64,000 bases of DNA from contig JASBTF010000001.1 in NCBI GenBank assembly GCA_030148545.1, forward strand, positions 262,833 through 326,832, written 5' to 3'. Source of the DNA: Pseudomonadota bacterium (GTDB lineage: Bacteria > Pseudomonadota > Alphaproteobacteria > UBA2136 > JASBTF01). Position 1 is the first letter of the stretch; each line of letters opens with the position of its first letter. Positions 46,328 through 53,085 of this stretch are shown here, piece after piece. The translations under genes and the position numbers were made by a program. The notes under the pieces were generated by a model. It saw only the letters and a program-made list of their open reading frames with translations. It was not told where the DNA came from and searched no databases.

Positions 46328-47031
46328 TGAAATTGGTGGTGTGGAGCAAGTGCCTGTTAAAAATGAGGATGGCACAGTTACGTATATTACGCGGCAAATT
46401 CCGTTAACAGCTGAACAACAAGCAGAGCAAGATGCGTATAACGCTATGCGCCAAAGTGCGTTGGATGAAATTCAGCGTTTATCAAGCGGTGATTTTACCC
46501 CGAGTGAAAGTACGCAAAAAACGTTAAATGCGTGGGAGCAAGAGCGACGCGAATTGCTGGAAGAGGATTTGCGCCGTCGTGAAACGCAAGAAGAAGAGCT
46601 GTTGGCACGCCGCGGGTTGGGTGACTCTAGCGCTGCGCAGTCGATTCGTCGGCAACGTACGCTTGATCGCCAAGATGCTTTTGAGCAGCTTGGCCGTGAG
46701 CGCGACCTGCTGCAAGAAGATGTGCGCCAGCAGCAGCTGGGGCTACAGCAAAACTTGTTTAACATTGCGCAGCAAGAACAACTTGGACGATGCGAAACGC
46801 ATGCAAAGTGCACTACAAGGCCAGAGCCAGGTGATTGCTGAGAATGCACGCCGTCAGGCATCGGTACTGAGCTATTACAATAATAGCTACAGCCAACCAA
46901 GCGGTGGCGGTTTGGGCGGTGTGTTAGGCGCTGCTGTTGGCAGTTTCACTAACCCATTTTTTGGCACTATTGGTGCTGCGGGTGGCAATGTGATTAGCCG
47001 TGGTTTCGGTAATGTTTTAGGTGGTAAGTAG
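46254..47031 (+). pseudogene. Phage internal or ejection-like protein (poly-Pro, coiled coil, Gly-rich C-terminus) split by a +1 frameshift near 46780
   Basis: Frame A (46254-46841) reads sensibly to ...NIAQQEQ; frame B (to 47031) reads sensibly from LDDAKRMQSAL... to GGGLGGVLGAAVG...; each frame is gibberish on the other side. Confidence 0.55.
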
Positions 47032-47039
47032 GAGTGGTA

Positions 47040-47384
47040 ATGATGGAACAAAAGCAAAATATGCCGAGCTTGCAACAGTGGCAAGTTGAGCAGTTTGAGC
47101 CGTGGAAAAAAGCGGCTCAGGCGTACCGTGATGAAAAGCAACAAAACCATAATAAAGTGCGCCAGCAAGCTGGTGCGTTGAAGAATATTGTGGCGATGCT
47201 GTTGGATTTGCGTGAGCGTGAAGCAACCAATGCGTGGAACCAGCTAGGTTTAGAGCCTGAGCTGAAAATGGTGCAGGTGGATTTGGCGCAAAATCGGCTA
47301 GAACTGATACCGTTACAAGGTGAGGTGTTGGTGATGGACCTGAGTGATATGCTGGATGATTTACAGCGTATTCTGGAAAGCTAA
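47040..47384 (+). CDS. Hypothetical phage protein
   Basis: GGAG 5 nt upstream of ATG 47040; terminator downstream. Confidence 0.5.
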   Translation: MMEQKQNMPSLQQWQVEQFEPWKKAAQAYRDEKQQNHNKVRQQAGALKNIVAMLLDLREREATNAWNQLGLEPELKMVQVDLAQNRLELIPLQGEVLVMDLSDMLDDLQRILES

Positions 47385-47392
47385 ATATACAG

Positions 47393-47428
47393 AAAACTTG
47401 GCTGGGCAGTGGCTTGGCCAAGTTTTTC
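47393..47428 (+). terminator. Intrinsic terminator
   Basis: aaaacttggc / gccaagtttt 10-bp stem with 14-nt loop, T-run. Confidence 0.65.
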
Positions 47429-47469
47429 CTTTACCTTGAAGTGCCTACACTTTGTGGTAGTGTGTGGGT

Positions 47470-48006
47470 ATGAAATTTTATTTAAAGTTGGTGCTGTTGG
47501 CTTTAGCTATCTCGGCTAGTCAGGTAAATGCTGAGCCATTGCAGTTAACGTATGGTGTGAATGAGGTAGATATTAATGCAGATGGTACTGCAGATTTAAT
47601 TATTCGTAGCCGTTGGGAAAATATGAATGCACACTCTTTTGATCGTTATTTGATTATGGTGCAGTTGGAAGATGAACACCTACCTGAGCGGTTTTATGAA
47701 GTACCTTTGGGAGATTCATCTCATTATGAGTTTACCAATGATGAAGGTGCTGACTGTCATAGCACAGCTTATAAGTTCAGCTTGAATAAAGGTCGGGTTT
47801 TGGAGGTTGTACGTTATAGCCGTGTGATAGGTGGTTCAATGGTTGAACCACAACCTGTTACGGTAACGCATTACACGCTTGCTTATGGGCCAAATGAAAA
47901 TGGTGGTGAGTTTTATTCGGGCACACCGTTATATTATTTAAAACAGGTAAAGCAGTATGAAACGAAAAAACTATACTGTGATGTGAGAGATTTGCTAGAT
48001 GGATAG
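47470..48006 (+). CDS. Secreted protein with DxNxDGxxD (FG-GAP/VCBS-like) motif
   Basis: Signal peptide MKFYLKLVLLALAISASQVNA; DINADGTADLI. Confidence 0.55.
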   Translation: MKFYLKLVLLALAISASQVNAEPLQLTYGVNEVDINADGTADLIIRSRWENMNAHSFDRYLIMVQLEDEHLPERFYEVPLGDSSHYEFTNDEGADCHSTAYKFSLNKGRVLEVVRYSRVIGGSMVEPQPVTVTHYTLAYGPNENGGEFYSGTPLYYLKQVKQYETKKLYCDVRDLLDG

Positions 48007-48015
48007 CTGGTGGGT

Positions 48016-48735
48016 ATGAAAATTCAGAAATTAATTAAACTTGTTCGATATTGGTGGTGGTGTGTGTTGCTGATAGTATTTGTAGCTTTGGCTCTTACTG
48101 TGAAGCTGACACCAATGGGTGTAGATAAAGTTTTGGCCCATGCTGGTTATGAACCAGCGCGTAAGCATTTAATGTCATTTTATTTTAAAACTGGTGATTT
48201 TAAAAACATCTCATATTGGGTACATAAATCTCAGTCAGACGATTTATATAAACATCCTACGATGAAGCTCTTACAACAAGCTCAAGGGCATACTTCTGAT
48301 GGCTTTGATATGGAAATAAAGCATTTTGAAGATATAGAGAGTTTGGATGAAAGTATGTGGCGTTATAGTGCATTTACGGTAAGTAGGTATGGTGGGCACT
48401 ATGATGGACCTCATAAAATTATGCATAGTGGTGAGCCACAGGCATTTGAAACAGCTGATGGCGCAGTCTTTTATTTAGAAAAAATAGGTGGTTCAGGTGC
48501 AGGGGTGGGATTGTACCGGTATTTTGCTCATACCAAAAAATTAGAGTTTTTTGAACCAGATGGTGAAAATATTCCTTATTGGAATGAAATATTAGAGTTG
48601 GCTGATGAAGATCATGACGGTTACCCAGAAATAGTTGCCAATTCACGCAAGTATCATGGCGGAGGGTTTGATAATATTGACAGTAAATATAGATGGTTGC
48701 CTGATGCACAGGTACCAATATTAATTAAAAATTAA
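48016..48735 (+). CDS. Membrane-anchored protein, unknown function
   Basis: N-terminal TM WWWCVLLIVFVALALTV; DEDHDGYPEIV motif; start context gtgggtatgaaa is identical to the upstream gene. Confidence 0.55.
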   Translation: MKIQKLIKLVRYWWWCVLLIVFVALALTVKLTPMGVDKVLAHAGYEPARKHLMSFYFKTGDFKNISYWVHKSQSDDLYKHPTMKLLQQAQGHTSDGFDMEIKHFEDIESLDESMWRYSAFTVSRYGGHYDGPHKIMHSGEPQAFETADGAVFYLEKIGGSGAGVGLYRYFAHTKKLEFFEPDGENIPYWNEILELADEDHDGYPEIVANSRKYHGGGFDNIDSKYRWLPDAQVPILIKN

Positions 48736-48761
48736 CTAAAATCTGCCTTTAGGCAGCTTTT

Positions 48762-49289
48762 TTAAGACTCTAAATCTTCGGCAGATTGTTCTAGCAGACG
48801 GTTTTTGATGTCCTCGGCAAGTTTTTTATCGGCGTCATCGTCTTCCATTTCGGTAACGATGATGGTGGACATCAAGCTTTGCCACTCTTCGTCAATCGCT
48901 TGTGGGAACACACGTTGGTCGAGGTAAATTTCCCAGAATGTCGCAATCTCGTTACTGATGCGTGGGTCGATAATGGACTGGCGCTGGTAACCTAAAATAG
49001 CGGTGTTATGCAGTGCAATAATCACCTGCTTGCGGGTGTGATAGGCCAAGTTCCCACGGTAGGTAGAGCCTAGCACTTTAGATAAGCTTTGGTAAACCTC
49101 GTCCTCATCCTGAATGAGGCCCGGGGCGCAGCGGTCATCAAACGGCTTAATATAACCAAAACGGCTAATAAGGTCCGCTGTAGCGGGAGGAAAATCAAAT
49201 TCAATTTCATCGCCATCACGTGTGAGGACGATGTTGTACTTCTGCGGCTCTAGCGCGGTGCCGGCAATGTAAGGTTCTGAGTTGCTCAT
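48762..49289 (-). CDS. Hypothetical acidic protein
   Basis: 175-aa ORF, opposite strand, shares a weak bidirectional hairpin (48743-48756) with the upstream gene. Confidence 0.5.
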   Translation of the reverse strand: MSNSEPYIAGTALEPQKYNIVLTRDGDEIEFDFPPATADLISRFGYIKPFDDRCAPGLIQDEDEVYQSLSKVLGSTYRGNLAYHTRKQVIIALHNTAILGYQRQSIIDPRISNEIATFWEIYLDQRVFPQAIDEEWQSLMSTIIVTEMEDDDADKKLAEDIKNRLLEQSAEDLES

Positions 49290-49362
49290 TGGCCGCTACT
49301 GTAAACAGATTTAACCGCATTCATCAAGAAGAATACAAAACAAGGAGAAAACAGTTGTGGAT

Positions 49363-49533
49363 ATGATGCAACAAATATATAGCGAGCTACAGGAGCTGCG
49401 CGCTGAAATTAAAAGCTTAAAGCTAGAGCTGAGCCGCTACAAAGGCTTTATGGACGACGTTTTATGGCTTGGTGGTGCCACCTGCGCGGCGATTGGTTTG
49501 GTGGTTGGCATTTTTCATAAAGATCATTTTTAA
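49363..49533 (+). CDS. Small single-TM protein (holin or lysis-accessory candidate)
   Basis: 56 aa, AAGGAG RBS; coiled N-terminus then VLWLGGATCAAIGLVVGIF; immediately upstream of the endolysin; below the ORF-track cutoff. Confidence 0.4.
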   Translation: MMQQIYSELQELRAEIKSLKLELSRYKGFMDDVLWLGGATCAAIGLVVGIFHKDHF

Positions 49534-49545
49534 AGGGATGCAAAC

Positions 49546-49926
49546 ATGAGACGTATAGACGTACATATTATTCATTGTAGCGATAGTGCACATGGTGATG
49601 TGAGTGAGATTAGGGCATGGCACAAAGCACGAGGCTGGCGCGATGTGGGCTACCATTTTGTGATTCGGCGTGATGGCGAGATTGAGCTAGGCCGGCAACT
49701 GCAAGAAGTGGGTACACATTGCCGTGGCCATAACACGCACAGTATTGGCACTTGCTTGGTGGGGAAAGAGAGTTTTACCCCTGCGCAGTTTGCTGCGTTG
49801 AAGCGGCTGCACGGTAGTTTGCAAGCGCAGTTTCCGCAGTTGCGGGTGGTGCCGCATAATGCGTTTAGTGCCCAAAAAACTTGCCCGAATTTTGATATAG
49901 AAACAGTTTTAGGAGAGTACCTATGA
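49546..49926 (+). CDS. N-acetylmuramoyl-L-alanine amidase endolysin (T7 lysozyme / PGRP fold)
   Basis: IIHCS......I..WH..RGW.DVGYHFVIRRDG.I..GR....G.HC.GHN..SIG.CL.G. Confidence 0.88.
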   Translation: MRRIDVHIIHCSDSAHGDVSEIRAWHKARGWRDVGYHFVIRRDGEIELGRQLQEVGTHCRGHNTHSIGTCLVGKESFTPAQFAALKRLHGSLQAQFPQLRVVPHNAFSAQKTCPNFDIETVLGEYL

Positions 49927-50309
49927 ACCCGATTGTTTTACCTGCTGTGCAGGGGTTGGTGAGCTTGTTCCGTAACCGTGGTGTGCCTGGGGTGTCGCGT
50001 GATGTGGTGAGCAGCGTGATGGATGCGTTTGAACAACATGTAACACAGGACAGAGAGTGCCAAAAGCTACTGGTGCAGCAGGTGCAGCATGCACGCGCAC
50101 ATGATATGGCCACGTTTAACCGAGCTGACCAGTTTAGCAATACATTGCGTAGCTGTGTGCGGCCGTTGGTGACCTTTGCTGCAATGGGGTGGTACATATA
50201 TGCGCGTTTGCATGGAGTACCGCTCAGTGCGGAGGATTACGCCATTATTGGCGGTGTGCTGACCTTTTGGTTTGGCCTACGCCCGTTGGAGAAAAACCGA
50301 CAAAAATAA
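49923..50309 (+). CDS. Holin-like membrane protein (resembles the 3-TM holin family)
   Basis: ATGA overlap with the endolysin; ...ARAHD....NRADQ..N.LRSCVRPLVTF...W....FWFGLRPLEK; hydrophobic C-terminal half. Confidence 0.5.
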   Translation: MNPIVLPAVQGLVSLFRNRGVPGVSRDVVSSVMDAFEQHVTQDRECQKLLVQQVQHARAHDMATFNRADQFSNTLRSCVRPLVTFAAMGWYIYARLHGVPLSAEDYAIIGGVLTFWFGLRPLEKNRQK

Positions 50310-50334
50310 ACAAAAACCATAAAAAACAACATTT

Positions 50335-50359
50335 ACAGCCAGATGGCTGTTTTTTTTTG
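50335..50359 (+). terminator. Intrinsic terminator after the lysis cassette
   Basis: acagcc-agat-ggctgt followed by a 9-T run. Confidence 0.75.
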
Positions 50360-50381
50360 AACATGAAACAAGGAGAAAAAC

Positions 50382-51266
50382 ATGAGTCAATACCCAAAAA
50401 CAGGAACGTATAGTACATCAACAAACTATCGGGTAACTGCACAGCGGGGGCTGGAGCATTTGATGCTGACCGACATTGCGCAAAAGCAGCCAGGTGAACT
50501 ACCAGCTAATGCTGCTGAGTGGGAGTTGGACCCGCGTTTTGGTAATGGTGGATATGTAACTACCGAGAATGGCGGTAAAGCTGCCGCATTCCGTAACAAA
50601 AAAACAAACCGTGTGGTGATAGCTTTCTCGCCGCTGGATGTTCCTGAAGCTTTAGATTCCAAACTAACAGATATTGATGATATCCATGATGGAGGTAAAA
50701 AACAGTGGGAAGCGATGCGTGAACAAGTACAAGATTACCAGTATGTGGTTGGTGCTAATACTCAAATTGAAATGGCTGGCCACAGCTTGGGCGCTGGCAT
50801 TGCACAACATGCGCTGCATGATACTTATGCGCCAAACAGCCCATTCCGCGATTGGGGCGTAAAAGGCTATGGGTACGATGGTATTGGCGCTGCAGAACAT
50901 ATGGAACACCCTGAGCGTTTAAACCAGGGCCGTATGACTCATGTGTTGGCCAAAGGCAATGACCTACATACGGTGAGTGGCAAACACGCAGGTGATACCA
51001 TTCATGCTGTTGAGCCATCAAACAAGTTACCAGTTGTTGGTGATGGACTTAGCCATAGAACAGAAGGTTTGAGGGATAGTTTTGAACGAACTATTAAAAC
51101 CTCTGACGGACGCCGCGGCTTTGTGGAAAAGTATGAACCTAAGCTAGAGCAAGATACAGGTTTTGGTAAAATCGCTAAGCAGGTAGAAAGGTTTGGTAAA
51201 GGTGACAGTTTATTAAATAATGTATTTAATTCAAAGCCAGCTCATAAATTACGCAAGTTATTCTAA
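50382..51266 (+). CDS. Lipase class-3-like alpha/beta hydrolase (putative phospholipase or effector), no signal peptide
   Basis: RVVIAFSP strand then the nucleophile elbow MAGHSLGAGIAQ (GHSLG); AAGGAGA RBS. Confidence 0.55.
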   Translation: MSQYPKTGTYSTSTNYRVTAQRGLEHLMLTDIAQKQPGELPANAAEWELDPRFGNGGYVTTENGGKAAAFRNKKTNRVVIAFSPLDVPEALDSKLTDIDDIHDGGKKQWEAMREQVQDYQYVVGANTQIEMAGHSLGAGIAQHALHDTYAPNSPFRDWGVKGYGYDGIGAAEHMEHPERLNQGRMTHVLAKGNDLHTVSGKHAGDTIHAVEPSNKLPVVGDGLSHRTEGLRDSFERTIKTSDGRRGFVEKYEPKLEQDTGFGKIAKQVERFGKGDSLLNNVFNSKPAHKLRKLF

Positions 51267-51276
51267 TAATACAGAA

Positions 51277-51310
51277 ATCATCCCACTACAACTTGTTGTA
51301 GTGGGATGAT
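51277..51310. other. Perfect 16-bp inverted repeat or hairpin
   Basis: atcatcccactacaac-tt-gttgtagtgggatgat; no U-tract. Confidence 0.7.
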
Positions 51311-51329
51311 TATACTATAGTTACAAGTG

Positions 51330-51734
51330 ATGACTATTCAAAATTTTATATATCAAAGTATTAAGTGGTCTTTTTTATTCTGGAGCAGCTGCTTAGTATT
51401 GTTGTTTGTTCTTTATCTTTTGAGCTTTAGTGAAGCATCTTTGATGCCTGAATGGCTGGTGACATTGTATAGTTACCCACTTTATTGGGTATATGGTGGT
51501 GATATTAATGACTTAGAGTTAGGTGGTATAGCTTTATTTGTTTCAGGGTTTTTAATTCCATTAAGTATTCCAGCTTTGTTTTTATTGTTGAAAGTTTATC
51601 GAATTTTTAGACATGGCTGGGTGAAATCAAAAGTTAATGGCTTTTGGAAGTATTATTTTATGTGGCAAATCATGAGTTTTACTGCCATGTACTTGTACTG
51701 GCTGCTCATGCTTTATATCGCAAGGATAGCTTAG
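51330..51734 (+). CDS. Small polytopic membrane protein, paralog 1
   Basis: 4 predicted TM segments; the C-terminal half aligns with the next gene (YR..R.G....K.Y...Q..SF...Y...LL). Confidence 0.5.
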   Translation: MTIQNFIYQSIKWSFLFWSSCLVLLFVLYLLSFSEASLMPEWLVTLYSYPLYWVYGGDINDLELGGIALFVSGFLIPLSIPALFLLLKVYRIFRHGWVKSKVNGFWKYYFMWQIMSFTAMYLYWLLMLYIARIA

Positions 51735-51766
51735 TGATAATGCGTTTTTTATAAGTCAGTAACAAT

Positions 51767-52099
51767 ATGCGTAAGACCATACAAATTTTGCAGTACTTTT
51801 TTTCAGCTTTAGGTTGGCTGGTTTTTGGTCTTTATGTTTTTTATGTTGAAATTTTAGAATTATTATTTAAATGGCTTGGGAATGAATTTTTTTATTCCGG
51901 CTTATCAGGTGTCACGATTTTTGAGATACTAAAATATATCCCCAAACTTATACCGGTTATTTTTATTGCTTTTGGAATTTATAGGGCTGTTCGTTTTGGC
52001 ACTGACCATCAAGAAAAAACTAGTATTTTCAAGTTGTATCTGATTGTACAAGGCTTAAGCTTTGCACTGATATATGTATTATTGTTACTTATGTTTTAA
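51767..52099 (+). CDS. Small polytopic membrane protein, paralog 2
   Basis: 110 aa, hydrophobic; paralogous to 51330-51734. Confidence 0.5.
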   Translation: MRKTIQILQYFFSALGWLVFGLYVFYVEILELLFKWLGNEFFYSGLSGVTIFEILKYIPKLIPVIFIAFGIYRAVRFGTDHQEKTSIFKLYLIVQGLSFALIYVLLLLMF

Positions 52100-52105
52100 A
52101 CTGTA

Positions 52106-52150
52106 ATGAACACAAAAATATATATTTATCAAAGTATTAAGTGGTTGTTC
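52106..52150 (+). pseudogene. Truncated third paralog (N-terminal ~15 codons)
   Basis: MNTKIYIYQSIKWLF against MMTIQNFIYQSIKWSF; the DNA string tatcaaagtattaagtgg is shared; the remainder is replaced by the convergent NADAR gene. Confidence 0.5.
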
Positions 52151-52155
52151 ATGCT

Positions 52156-52635
52156 TTACATTTCATCTCGCAGCTTCATCCATAGTTTTCCCATGTTGTT
52201 TTTACCGCTGCCATCATGGCCAGTGCCCCAGTAATAGTCGGTGGGGATTTCTTTTAACAGGCCGCGTTTGCCTGTCAATTTCAATACTTCAGCTACTTCT
52301 GGGTGCTGTGTCAATTTGGCTCGAAAGAGCTCTTCCATAATTGCATTTTTATCGAAATTTTCTACCAAAAGCTCTTTTTTTGTGCGTTTCTCACGAGAAA
52401 TCTCTAAACATGCTAGCGGGCTTTTGGCGTTTTTAATCTCGTCACGCTCCATACATGGTTTAAACTTTGCCCAATGGTAGGCATGTTCTACCGTGGCAAA
52501 GGTTTCACCCCAAATTTTAACTTGATGAGCGGAAAAGGGAGATAAATACGCCCAAATAGGTTCAATAATATTTAGCGGGCGGTCATCCTGAATGTGCATG
52601 ATGTATAGTACGCTGTTTTTGGGTAGGCGTGTCAA
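52156..52635 (-). CDS. NADAR (YbiA-like) domain protein
   Basis: LSPFSAHQVKIWGETFATVEHAYHWAKF....; YYWGTGHDGSGKNNMGKLWM. Confidence 0.8.
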   Translation of the reverse strand: MTRLPKNSVLYIMHIQDDRPLNIIEPIWAYLSPFSAHQVKIWGETFATVEHAYHWAKFKPCMERDEIKNAKSPLACLEISREKRTKKELLVENFDKNAIMEELFRAKLTQHPEVAEVLKLTGKRGLLKEIPTDYYWGTGHDGSGKNNMGKLWMKLRDEM

Positions 52636-52700
52636 TGTTTACAATTGTGAATGAAGAGTTTGCATGTGCGCGAAAAGTGCGCTAAAACCTGTCCGCTAGT

Positions 52701-52727
52701 TGGAGGTGTGGCAGAGTGGTTGAATGC
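52701..52727 (+). pseudogene. Duplicated 5' fragment of tRNA-Ser (acceptor 5' strand plus D-arm)
   Basis: tggaggtgtggcagagTggttgaatgc matches 52869-52895 of the intact tRNA at 26 of 27 nt, then diverges. Confidence 0.7.
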
Positions 52728-52823
52728 GGTTTTGGCACAGCGGCACGGTCGGCAAAGCCGCCGATTGCTGCCAGGAGGTATCCTGGATCTCCGCTGACCA
52801 ACTGTCTAGCGGCAGCTTGGGAC
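52728..52823 (+). repeat. ~96-nt three-hairpin repeat element, copy B
   Basis: cagcggc/gccgccg, ccagga-ggta-tcctgg, ccgct/agcgg; aligns with 16283-16378. Confidence 0.6.
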
Positions 52824-52869
52824 AGCATAAATATGCAACGCCACGGGGGCGCTAAACTCAACATGATAT

Positions 52870-52959
52870 GGAGGTGTGGCAGAGCGGTTGAATGCACTGG
52901 TCTTGAAAACCAGCAAGGGTTAACGCCCTTCCAGGGTTCGAATCCCTGCGCCTCCGCCA
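52870..52959 (+). tRNA. tRNA-Ser (anticodon UGA), CCA encoded
   Basis: Acceptor ggaggtg/cgcctcc, D-arm gcagagcggttgaatgc, anticodon loop ct-TGA-aa, long variable arm, T-loop ggttcgaatcc. Confidence 0.92.
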
Positions 52960-53085
52960 TTATATAAAAAACGTCCCTATGGGGCGCTTTTTTATATAAC
53001 GAGGATGGTAGTAGTGCTGTGAACTTGGTTCGACTAGAGGCCGTAGGCCGAAAGCGGCGAGTGTAACGAGCCAATCCCTGCCTGT

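Larger units (their letters stand above)
38573..52640 (+). mobile_element. Degraded podovirus-like prophage remnant plus cargo block (no integrase, replication or tail-fibre genes seen)
   Basis: TerS, TerL, truncated portal, capsid, two structural ORFs and a frameshifted Gly-rich internal protein, then AT-richer cargo, a lysis cassette and NADAR; bounded by asmA and a tRNA-Ser locus with a duplicated fragment. Confidence 0.75.

Noticed and set aside
46528-47031. 167-aa ORF treated as an independent gene
   Set aside because: Its first ~85 codons are nonsense-like (CWKRICAVVKRKKKSCW...). Only the part after about 46783 looks protein-like, and that part continues the upstream frame. It is better explained as the downstream half of a frameshifted gene.
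52682-53074. 130-aa minus-strand ORF
   Set aside because: It runs antisense straight through the intact tRNA-Ser, the tRNA fragment and the hairpin repeat, so it is an artefact.
53073-53081. 9-nt match (aatccctgc) to the tRNA-Ser T-arm and acceptor region, considered as a possible att site for a 53-55 kb islet
   Set aside because: It is too short to distinguish from chance, and no matching repeat was found at the far side of the virB11 block.
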